The position numbers and the translations under genes were made by a program. The notes beneath the pieces were generated by a model. That model did not search any database. It had not been told where the DNA came from and saw only the letters and a program-made list of their open reading frames with translations. A stretch of DNA of 64,000 bases from Trypanosoma brucei (taxonomy: Eukaryota). Where the stretch lies: the NCBI GenBank assembly GCA_000002445.1, contig CM000208.1, positions 2,176,001-2,240,000 of the forward strand, given 5' to 3'. Positions 32,326 through 41,958 of this stretch are shown here, in pieces. Numbering within the stretch: position 1 is the stretch's first letter; each line of letters starts with the position of its first letter.

Positions 32326-33741
32326 ATGTCCTCCACGACACTAGTGGAGACCCTTCAAGAAGAAATTGGCGCGCTTCAAGCAGAGGTAGCGCGCTTACGT
32401 ATTATGGTTCACCGCGTTACCCGCGGCACCGATGCCGTAATTTGCCCTGCGACTAAAGGTGATATTCCCCATAGAATTCCCCATGAAAACGGGAGCGCTA
32501 GTGAAAAGAGCATGGGACATGCGGACGTCGTTTCTCAGGACCTGGTGCTACTTTTGAAGCGCTTGCTGCAGTCCCCTGGAATCTGTCTTGGACAGTCAAG
32601 TGACACAGCGCCGGTATGCACTGATGCGACGGCTGAGCCAGATGGATCCACCAAAAAGAAACCAAAGCGGAAGAGAAGAGAGAAAGGTGAAAGGAAGCAA
32701 GAAGAAGCAGAGAATAAGTCGCGACCAAGAGAAGTCACTGAGCGCTCCAGTGGGCTGTCACCAACAAAGAAGCAACCAGTCGAGTGTGCGATTCCATCGG
32801 ATCCCAAAAAAACTCCAGTACGTGAGCAGGCTGGTGAAAAGGAAGAGAGGGCGGTGCTTCCCGCAACAAGGAACGTAAGCACCCCGCGACGCGCATCTGC
32901 GTCAGAGGAGCCACGTCTAGCGCCTGCAGCAACCACAGGATCCAAGCAAAGCAACGAAGATAACGTTGTTCAGCAGCAAACCGTGAGAAAGCGTTCGGTC
33001 CCGCCTCCTTCTCCGGGGTCTCTGGTGAGCATCCCACGTGATGGTTTTCTGTCTTATGAACACCATGATGAGGAACCTACGCATCAGCCACCACTCGTGG
33101 GGGTCACCCAAAGGGTAGGTCGGAGGGCGCTTTCTTCTAGCAGTTCAAGTGACGACTTACCTGTCGGTACGGGTTGGGTACCCACCGCGTCCGTGTTGGA
33201 TGAAGAGACCCCGCAAATGGAAGAAGTGAGCCGGGCTACCCGCAGTATTTCGTCGGTGGGTCGGCTGGCTGAGCGGAGCCGTCCTTCCCCCGTGAGGGAC
33301 ACAAATTTGACTGATATTGATGATACCCATTTGTCCATAAAGTCTCACAGAGGGATTGTAGAGTGTGTCCATGAGTCGAATGATGGTCTGGACGGTGCTC
33401 GAGGAAGAATGCAATTTGTTTCGGTTGATTTTTCACGGTCACAACAAGTAAAGAGGCGGAAGTTGCTGTCTCGACTTCGCGATTCAAGTTTCGATTCGGA
33501 GGAGACATGTGAAGAGGATCTGATGGCAGAACATCCCTCACCCACTCAGCGCTCCACTACGCTAAATGCACAGCAGACAATCAAGCCACCTCAAATACCC
33601 AACGAAGTTGAGCGTGCTGGGAGTACTTCCACCCGCAGTGAAGTCGCTATGAGCCATCGATCTTATACTCATGCTCAAAGTGCAGGATATGTGCTTGATA
33701 TGCTTAGCGATTGCGAGTTTACCGAGGACGTTGCTGCGTGA
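32326..33741 (+). CDS. Hypothetical protein, N-terminal coiled coil, basic/Ser-rich low-complexity middle (~471 aa)
   Basis: The track start at 32317 is GTG and the ATG is at 32326. Heptad N-terminus (TLVETLQEEIGALQAEVARLRIMV). The multiple minus-strand ORFs across it are antisense artefacts. Confidence 0.5.
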   Translation: MSSTTLVETLQEEIGALQAEVARLRIMVHRVTRGTDAVICPATKGDIPHRIPHENGSASEKSMGHADVVSQDLVLLLKRLLQSPGICLGQSSDTAPVCTDATAEPDGSTKKKPKRKRREKGERKQEEAENKSRPREVTERSSGLSPTKKQPVECAIPSDPKKTPVREQAGEKEERAVLPATRNVSTPRRASASEEPRLAPAATTGSKQSNEDNVVQQQTVRKRSVPPPSPGSLVSIPRDGFLSYEHHDEEPTHQPPLVGVTQRVGRRALSSSSSSDDLPVGTGWVPTASVLDEETPQMEEVSRATRSISSVGRLAERSRPSPVRDTNLTDIDDTHLSIKSHRGIVECVHESNDGLDGARGRMQFVSVDFSRSQQVKRRKLLSRLRDSSFDSEETCEEDLMAEHPSPTQRSTTLNAQQTIKPPQIPNEVERAGSTSTRSEVAMSHRSYTHAQSAGYVLDMLSDCEFTEDVAA

Positions 33742-34078
33742 TGTGGTGACTAAAGGGAGAGTTTTAATAGACCATTGAACAATTGGGGGTGTTAATGCCT
33801 GGGTTCTCGAATAACAGTGCATTGTTTTCAAAACCACTACAAGTTTACCATGGGCTTGTAGATTAGTGAACTGCAAGCGTGTGGTAGCGGGATGGAGATG
33901 TGTGTCATCGTCACTGGTTGCTGTGAATGCAATTTCGCGTCCAACTACGCTCTTCTTTCTCTTTCTGTGTTGTTTTGCTGCGCCAACTATCCCTGTATGA
34001 GTGCGGTTGTGCTTGTAGACAGACTTGTTTAGGGATTACGCTCTTGTTACCGTGTTGTTACGGAGCTTCCCAGGAAAT

Positions 34079-35869
34079 ATGACCGCGAGGTTCACTGCCC
34101 TCTGTGAAGAACTAAGTCGTTTACAGGTGCGTGCGTTACGTCGTGATGGGAATCCATTAGATATCGCCGTGGAGGCTATTCGAGCGATTCGGATCAACCG
34201 CGATAGTATCGAGCCTTTGCGGCAAAATATCCCGCATGTGCCACTCTTCTTAAGGAGCTGCGCAACTCTTCTCAGTCGTTCGGTGACCTCTGAAGCGGAC
34301 GATGCTATCGAATCCACAGGAAGGCTCGCGGAGGTGTACGTTGGTGGCAATCACGGCGATGTTAATGACTCGGCGGCGGTACTTCAGTCTTTGGTGCAGT
34401 TGTCTCGCGTTCGGTGCGAAAGAGCAGCATGTGTTGGCGATGCTGCCAAGGTGTTATCCTCCTCGTTGAAACCGTTAGTGCCTGCGGCTCTGCATAATAC
34501 CTTGCAGAAGTGGCAGCAACATAAGGTGCGCCCACACACGTCAAGCCTCCTGTCGCTTTTGCGGGGAACAGACGCAGTGTATGGTGGGAGCTTTCAGTTT
34601 ACCCCGGTTGGGGCAGATATGATGGGCTTGCTTCCTATCAAAAGTAAGGTGCAAATGGAAGCAAAAATGCAAAAGTGCGAGCACTCACGCGATATTCTTC
34701 GAGCTCTGTGTGAAATGCAATTCTCAAAACTTGACGCAGGTATATGTTTGACCAGCCAAGCTGAATGTGGGTTTTACCAGTCCGAGCTGTGTAATATTTG
34801 TTGTGAAGTTCTCTTCTCCACTCACGCACTGATGACCAGTCAGCAGTTAGCACAGGTTGTCCACAGCCTCGGTGTTCTTCAGCATCGACATATCCACCAA
34901 AAGTTCTTTTCGAGTCTGATCGACTTCAAGAATTGTAACGCAGAAGCGGTACGACAGCACATAATGGGGCTCGCCATGCTTCGTCAGCCGCCACCCAATG
35001 ACCGTCGTTTGATGGATGGGGTATTTCTGCATGTCTTCCGCCCAACTGATCCTCTTGATTACGATTCCTCACCAGAGGCTGCCCTTTCACCGGGATGGTT
35101 CGTAGATGTGGGTCACGCACTTACCTGTCTAGGAATCACACATCACAAATATCGTTTGACAATGGCCCGAACGGTTCGGAGAAGTATCGCTTCCATGTCC
35201 ACGCAGGAGCGCTGCAAGTTGTTGTATGGTCTTGGTGGCGTCTCACTAGATTCTGTGCCGGCGGAACTTCAGGGGTCATGGAAGGGGAAAGTGATTCGGA
35301 CAATTGAGGTATTGGAGCAAAGACTTCGCAGCAATGTTGATCCGGTGGATGGGCCGTCCGTTATGCACGCACTGTTGTTTGCTGGTATACGCGAACACCC
35401 AATGATTCCTCAGCAGCCTGACTTGGCGTCGAACGAGAATCCGGTGGAAACTCTGCTCCGGACTTGGGCCACTTGCCCGAGGGAGCGTGTGTTATACTTG
35501 ACGGAACAAATACGCCCCAGTCATCTGGGGAGCGATCCCGCGACGACATTGTCACACGTCTGTGGTATCATAGCTAACAATTGTGGTGGTGTGGGTACTG
35601 ATTCGTACCGTTTTGGGCCACTATGTGATGTTATACGCACTCATGGGGGTTCCATGACTGTTGATGAAGCAATGAGCACGATTGAGGCTATCGAACGGAT
35701 GAAGGCGGGGGACCGATTTAGTGGTGCTTTGGTCAGCCTTCTGGGAAGTTTGTGGAATCAACGAGAGAGTATGACACCAGAACAACGAATGCGCTGTTGC
35801 CGCTTGTTGGAGAACGTGGGACACTTGGAAATAGCGGTTAACCTTCTTGACTACATTGTCTCTCAATAG
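34079..35869 (+). CDS. Hypothetical Leu-rich helical protein (~596 aa)
   Basis: The track start at 34025 is TTG and the first ATG is at 34079 (MTARFTALCEEL...). Complex composition for 1.8 kb. Confidence 0.55.
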   Translation: MTARFTALCEELSRLQVRALRRDGNPLDIAVEAIRAIRINRDSIEPLRQNIPHVPLFLRSCATLLSRSVTSEADDAIESTGRLAEVYVGGNHGDVNDSAAVLQSLVQLSRVRCERAACVGDAAKVLSSSLKPLVPAALHNTLQKWQQHKVRPHTSSLLSLLRGTDAVYGGSFQFTPVGADMMGLLPIKSKVQMEAKMQKCEHSRDILRALCEMQFSKLDAGICLTSQAECGFYQSELCNICCEVLFSTHALMTSQQLAQVVHSLGVLQHRHIHQKFFSSLIDFKNCNAEAVRQHIMGLAMLRQPPPNDRRLMDGVFLHVFRPTDPLDYDSSPEAALSPGWFVDVGHALTCLGITHHKYRLTMARTVRRSIASMSTQERCKLLYGLGGVSLDSVPAELQGSWKGKVIRTIEVLEQRLRSNVDPVDGPSVMHALLFAGIREHPMIPQQPDLASNENPVETLLRTWATCPRERVLYLTEQIRPSHLGSDPATTLSHVCGIIANNCGGVGTDSYRFGPLCDVIRTHGGSMTVDEAMSTIEAIERMKAGDRFSGALVSLLGSLWNQRESMTPEQRMRCCRLLENVGHLEIAVNLLDYIVSQ

Positions 35870-36198
35870 GGGAGTTGAATGCGGTAGGGATAGGGTGGGA
35901 GCCGGCGGGATTAATACAGTGCTTCAAATATCGACGGGGGACATAAAGAGAACCCTTTTTTTTGTTCAAGACATCTTCCCTCCTTTTACCTTCGCGTTAA
36001 CGACTGATATGCCACTCTTATCACTATTTCAGGGTGAATTCTGTGAGTCAAAGTTTCTTTACTCTTAAACGTTTTTTCCGCATTTTATTTTCATAATAAC
36101 AACCTCTTTATTGTTGCTGTGGTAATAGTTTAAAGTTTTTTCCAGCAACAACATTCGAAAACAGGCAAGCAGAGAGAAAAAAAAGAAGAGAGTGAACC

Positions 36199-38121
36199 AT
36201 GAGTTTCGCCCCTACGCGGTCACTACCCAACGAGGTAAACGAGCCTTTGCCAACGCTGCAATCCGAGGAATCAGGGGAGGCGACATATGTTCATCCTGAT
36301 GCCCGTGCTCTTTTTAACAAGGTACCATGCCTTCGCCGTCTCCCAATGTTTGGTACAGCTGCAGAAGGTTATGGTCCTAAAGCTGTGATGTCCATCAGTT
36401 TGTCGTATTTCCTATGCAAAGGCTTGTCTGACTACTTGGTTCGAGACTCTCTTCTGGCCATGTTTACCCAGCGTTTTGGAGTGGATGTTTCCGTTTACCA
36501 ACGTTTAAGCAACGTCGCGAACATGGGATGGTCCGTTAAGCCCTTGACCGCAGTGGTTAGTGATATCTTCCCCTTATTTGGTTACAGTAAGCGGTGGTAT
36601 ATGTTCATTTCATGCCTCATAGGCCCATTACTATCCCTTGGCTTTGGCTTGTTACCAGGCAAAGAATCAAGTGCAGCCATAGGTGCTGCACTAGTTTTCC
36701 TTTGCTGTTTCACTAAAGCCAATGTGGACATCCTTGCTGAGGGTCATTACAGTCGCATGATGCGCCGGGTCCCAGCTCCAGGTCCAGCTCTTGTAAGTTG
36801 GATTTGGTGGTTCATCATCGCTGGGTCTTTCGTTTCATCTTCTGTCGTTGGTCCTTTGGGCGACGCAAAGATCCCTCAAGTGGCTTCGTTCATTGCGAGT
36901 GTTGTGCAGATATTGGTATTGCCTTTCTTCATTTTCAACTGGTTTGGTGAACTTCCAAACCGCGAGGAGCGCTACGGTGATGCCCTACTTCTTTACAAAA
37001 AGGAACGTGAGGAGAGGGAGAAGAAGTGCGACCCATTTTCTGATTCTCTAACACAGCCAGATAGGGCCATAAACAGCGAGTCTAACCCATTATCCACAGA
37101 GGGGCCTGATGCAGCGGGGCTCGTTCCGTATGAGGGTGGGGCACCCACGGGTGACGGAGACTTAAGCTCATTTCACTTTCAGGAGCCAGGTTCTTGCTGT
37201 TGTGGTGTGTTTGAGTACAACAAGGAAGTCGTCGAACGTAACGGTCGCGCCACAGTTTACAGCATTCTCATTGGTTTGTTTGTACTGGTTGTGGCTGTAA
37301 CTTCCGTTTTAGGTTCAACGACCTACCTAACTGTGGTAGCTATTGTGGTTTCCTTGTTGCACTGCAGTTTCAATTTCTACGCTTTTCCGTTGATCATTGC
37401 GAAGGCTAACCTCTTCGGTTACTTGCAGAGGGCCACATCAGTAAGCTTCCCCGGTGCACTTTCAAACTTCTTTATCGCTGAAGCCGATTGTCTCGCAGAT
37501 GGCCCGCACTTCAGCTTTGCCTTCTATCAGACTGTTGGAGGCATTATCAGCTGCGCCGCATCGATAGTTGGCATCATGCTGTTCAACTACATTTTTTCGA
37601 AACGCACGTACCGAATGACCTACTTGTCGACACTTTCCCTCGGCATTTTTTCAAGTATCTTCGATCTTGTACTTGTTATGAGGTGGAACCGGCCGCACGT
37701 TAGTGATCACGCGCTGTACATCATGGGTGATGCCATTATATCTCCCGTGATTTCCATGTTGAATTGGATGCCTCAAATTGTCCTACTTTCGCGGTTGTGT
37801 CCTAGGGGAAGTGAAAGCACAGTGTATTCCATTCTTGCCGCCTCCAGCAACTTGGGTGCTTCCATGGGAAGTGTCGTTGGGTCAGTTGTCATGGAGTATG
37901 CCTTGCCCGTGTCATCAAAATTGCCTTGCAACTTTGAAAATCTGAAGTGGCTCGTCGTGATTGCAGGTTTCTTGGCACCGCTGCTTCAGATACCAATGGT
38001 TTTCACTCTCCTTCCACGTGCGCGCATGTGCGACGATCTTGACGTAGACAATGCAACAGCCAAGAAAAAGTCAGAGATTCAGAAAGAAGTTGCTGAAGTG
38101 CAGGAGAGCGGTAGTACTTAA
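36199..38121 (+). CDS. Folate/biopterin transporter (BT1/FBT family; pteridine transporter-like)
   Basis: ATG start and ~12 hydrophobic segments. BT1 signature around MGWSVKPLTAVVSDIFPLFGYSKRWYM (family consensus Y/WGxKPLwgxxSDxxPxFGYRRRPY). Confidence 0.85.
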   Translation: MSFAPTRSLPNEVNEPLPTLQSEESGEATYVHPDARALFNKVPCLRRLPMFGTAAEGYGPKAVMSISLSYFLCKGLSDYLVRDSLLAMFTQRFGVDVSVYQRLSNVANMGWSVKPLTAVVSDIFPLFGYSKRWYMFISCLIGPLLSLGFGLLPGKESSAAIGAALVFLCCFTKANVDILAEGHYSRMMRRVPAPGPALVSWIWWFIIAGSFVSSSVVGPLGDAKIPQVASFIASVVQILVLPFFIFNWFGELPNREERYGDALLLYKKEREEREKKCDPFSDSLTQPDRAINSESNPLSTEGPDAAGLVPYEGGAPTGDGDLSSFHFQEPGSCCCGVFEYNKEVVERNGRATVYSILIGLFVLVVAVTSVLGSTTYLTVVAIVVSLLHCSFNFYAFPLIIAKANLFGYLQRATSVSFPGALSNFFIAEADCLADGPHFSFAFYQTVGGIISCAASIVGIMLFNYIFSKRTYRMTYLSTLSLGIFSSIFDLVLVMRWNRPHVSDHALYIMGDAIISPVISMLNWMPQIVLLSRLCPRGSESTVYSILAASSNLGASMGSVVGSVVMEYALPVSSKLPCNFENLKWLVVIAGFLAPLLQIPMVFTLLPRARMCDDLDVDNATAKKKSEIQKEVAEVQESGST

Positions 38122-39774
38122 TATCATTAGGGCGCAGCGACGCTTCGTTTACAAGCTTTTCAAGGCGAGGAGGAGCTCGGTGTAAACACGTTTTTTTCTT
38201 CCCTCCTCTCGGAGAGATTGCAACTGCATTTTCCCTTATTAATTATTTTCGTTCTTTTCCTCAGGTGCGGCACATTCTTCCGGGACTAAAGCGAACGCGC
38301 TTTTTCTTGCGTTGCGTCGTGAACACCCGTTAGCCGCCACGACGAAAATTCTCTTACCTTGTTGTTTGTTTTCCCATTTTTAAAAAGATTACGGAGGCTG
38401 TGCGTAGAAGTTGTTGCGAGCAAAAACACATCTACAAACAGCTAAATCAAGTCAAAGAACTTACGGATAATTCCAAACTTACGTTTTACTACTGTAATCC
38501 CTTCCCTTTTTTAATTGTTGTTTCCTCTTCTTTTTTTTTCCGTTTCCTTTCCTGTTCGCTTATATGTCTGCCTTGTCCGTAGACGATTGTTGTACTTCTT
38601 TGAGTTCTTTAGCAATTTGTTAAATCAGGGGTGACCAGATCCCCCTTTCCCCCTTTTTTTTTCAGCAACCGGTGTTGTAAAAAATTTTCGTGTGTTATTG
38701 CCGTTCTTAATCTGTTCCCTTTTTTCTTTTTCCCTTTCCTTTTTTTCTTAACTACTTTTCATCTTTTTTTATTTTTGTTTCTCTTGTTTTCACTGCTGAT
38801 TAACGGCTGGCAGTGCAGTATGCGATCGTTATATATTTTCTTTTTTTTGTTGTTGTTTCACTTCGGTTCAGGGGAGCACGTGCGGATATTTAAAAATTCC
38901 GACACGCGCGTTTGTTTATATTTAGATGATGAAAGTTTCATCCATTGTTGTCACTCAAAACTTATTTTTTTCTGTTTTGTTTTTAGAACAACTCGTCTTC
39001 TTTTTATCGGTATTTTCGGAAGTTATGCTTCTTTTTTTGTTTGTTTTTAAATGCTAGCGTCGCTGTCATTTGCACAACGGTATATATGCATATAAGCTGT
39101 TCCTACACCTGAACTTAGTCTGTATAACCTTTTTGAAGCGCTCCCATCACTGACTTAACCGTGAATTTCGCTCCTTTTTAAAATTTTTTTTTGGTTTAGT
39201 TTTCTTGACCTCTTACTTGCCTACACTACAAACAAACAAGAAAAAAAAAAAGAAAGGTAATATGACGATGCAAGGCTTTGTTTCAATGAGTTTCGAATTG
39301 CTGACGCCAACCCCCTGGCCTCCCGGATGAGAAAATCACATATATCTGTTTCCTCCATGCTTTCGTTTATCTCCTTCTTTCGCTTCATCATCAGCTGTGC
39401 CTTTCTCAACAAAAATGTTCTTTTTTTTTGGGGGGGGGGAGGGGGTAACAATTCGGTGTATACCAAAAACATACGAAAGAACCGAGTAACTTGTCACAGT
39501 GATTTTGCACCATTTGTTAGTGGTTGACTAAAAGGTGAATGGTACCACTAAGGGAGAGGAGGACGGTGTGGATGATACAAGGTCCGATGAAAAAATATTA
39601 CAATATGAAAGCAGGGAAACCGTAAGCGCGGGCGTGCGTTTTTATATTCGTCTTGTTTCTCTCTCTCTCCCTCTCTTTATTTCTCGTTGAGCAGGTGGGC
39701 ATTCTGCGGCGTAGCGTTAAAGGAAGAGAATAAAAGAGAGGAAGAGAGATAGAGAAATAGAGTTAGGGGAGTAC

Positions 39775-40500
39775 ATGAGCTGGAGGGTTTCCTGCAAGAC
39801 TGCACTGTTGGATGAACTCTTCACATACATCGCTGGGAAAACTGATGCGAACACATTACAAAAGGAATGTGTTTTAGCTCTGCCACAACTGGAAACATTG
39901 GCAAAGATGTTAGGTTTTTCACTAGATGACATGTCAATGTACCGCTTGGCGTGGAGCTGGTCGTGCGAGGCGCCACTGTGCATTCGAAAAAGTGAATTTG
40001 TGAATGGGATGAATGCCATTTGTAGTGGCGTGAAGCTTTCCGCCACCGCGACTTCCTCCACATGCTCGGCGTCACCGGTTAAATCACCCAAGAAGGAATT
40101 TGAGCCAATTCTCTTGGCGTTGCGGAACCATGTTGAAACTCTGGATGGTGCGTTGCGCGGTGATGTGACAAAGTTTAGACATTTTTACCGCTTCATTTAC
40201 AAGTGGGTTCAGTCTCCTTTAACGATGGAGAGGAATATGGGTCAAGTAGGAATGTCCATCGAAACCGCTGTGGAATTATGGCGGATGCTTTTTCCACACT
40301 ACAGGGAGTTTAAACGATTGGATGACTGGATAACATTCTGTATGAGTAAAAAGCTTTTCCCTCACGGGATCATTAGTCGAGATTTGTGGGAGCAGTTGCT
40401 GGAGTTCACCTTTGTGACAGACTACAGCAAGTATGATGTTAGTGATGCATGGCCCAGTGCAATGGATGATTTTGTTGAGTACGTTAAATCAAAAGTGTGA
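39775..40500 (+). CDS. DCN1-like protein (DCUN1/PONY domain only; cullin neddylation co-E3-like)
   Basis: ATG start. PONY-domain blocks: FRHFYRFIYKW, DDWITFCMSK...ISRDLWEQLLEFTFV...YDVSDAWPSAMDDFVEYVK (family consensus ...DxWxxFL...isxDtWxxlLeF...YDeegAWPxLIDeFVe). No N-terminal UBA. Confidence 0.8.
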   Translation: MSWRVSCKTALLDELFTYIAGKTDANTLQKECVLALPQLETLAKMLGFSLDDMSMYRLAWSWSCEAPLCIRKSEFVNGMNAICSGVKLSATATSSTCSASPVKSPKKEFEPILLALRNHVETLDGALRGDVTKFRHFYRFIYKWVQSPLTMERNMGQVGMSIETAVELWRMLFPHYREFKRLDDWITFCMSKKLFPHGIISRDLWEQLLEFTFVTDYSKYDVSDAWPSAMDDFVEYVKSKV

Positions 40501-41958
40501 AACGAATAAGAAACGCCGCGTTCCTTTTGGTGTGAAATATTTGAACCTTGGGAAGGACTGGGAGACAAAGGAATCTTTAACTTCGTTTCACACGCCCGCA
40601 GTAATCGACTCAGCATATGCCAAAAGTAGCAGTGATCGGCTCTCCTTTGCCGCGTGATGGATTTTTGATTCCTGTTGTTTTGCCAACTTGTGTTGAATGC
40701 ATGGTCTCTTTTGTACCTACTTATGTGGGGGTTTCGATTTGAACCTTTGATGTGGCGCGACATTTTGTTGTTGCATTTTTTTTTAGCTATGATGTGAATG
40801 AATATCCTTTGGAGTGGGGACGAAGATATATCAAAAATGTCATTTCGGGAAGATGAAATATTGCTTGTTCTTCTTCTGCCGATTCTGCAGAGGGAGGTGA
40901 TGTGCCTATATTTCTCCTCCTCCATACACACGCTATAACATTAACGAGAATTACGACAGCAGCAGCACAAAATGATGTTGGTTACCTTGTACTGCCCCTC
41001 TGTTGGTGGTTCCAGTTAGTGATAACGTAGAACGACGAAGCGAAGTGGTTTCCTCAGACCTACATGTTTCAAGTGGTGCGCGAAAATTGTGCGTTCGTTT
41101 TCACAGGGATGTAATGTCCCAAATAATTTTGAGGCGTAAACAACTCACCTACGGTGTGCCACGATGACTTTCAGTGTTTCCTTTTAACTAGTAATTCAGA
41201 GTGTGAAGCGGTGTTAAATGGTGCATTTGAGAGTCACTCGGAGGGTGCGGGTTTAAGTAGTTTATCTACCTTTAGTTAAACACCGTTGCTGCTCGCCAGA
41301 CTGCAGTGCCTCACAAGTCACCAAAGATTATTCTGCGAGAACTGAGATAGCCATTTGTTACCCGGCGGTGGTTCGATTGGTGGCGTCAGTTATTTGTCTT
41401 CCTTCCGATGAAAGTCTTGCGGGGCTCTTTTCTTCTTTTGTTGTTGTTGTTGTTTCGCTCGAGTGAGTGAGTGCTGCGGTGCAAACGTATTGGGTGTGTA
41501 TAGTATGATTGGCTATGGGATACGGTGCCGTTTTTTGAGGCGGGTTGGGTGTTGCCCTCAGTGACATGATGCGTCTCTTCCTTCTCTACTCCTCATTGCG
41601 CTACAAGTACGGCCTATGAAGCAGAATATCCATCAAACGAGATTCGGGCAATCGTTTCAACGGGCGTATTTGGCTTGAGTTGTGAAACTTAGTGTTTTCT
41701 TAATGAAAAGAACACGTGAGGCATAACACCATCACTTTAACCTCGCCTTCCTACTTTTGCGCGTGACGACTAATGTGTAGTGTTTACGATGTTACTTTCT
41801 GACGCAGGGCATCGACTGTGCAGCCCTATTTTTGTTGTTGTGGGCGTGACATTATTGGTGCTGTGGCCGACCTACTCACCACTGACTCAGTTTCCTTCGT
41901 CAACTTTGCTACTCCGCGGTTGCCGGGTGTATTCTTATCTTCCATAAAATTGTAGTAG

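Noticed and set aside
41340-41420. GGTTCGATT B-box-like motif that suggested a tRNA gene
   Set aside because: The flanking sequence cannot form a T-stem (GGTGG…GGTGG is a direct repeat, not an inverted one), and no acceptor or anticodon arm structure is evident. Not a tRNA.
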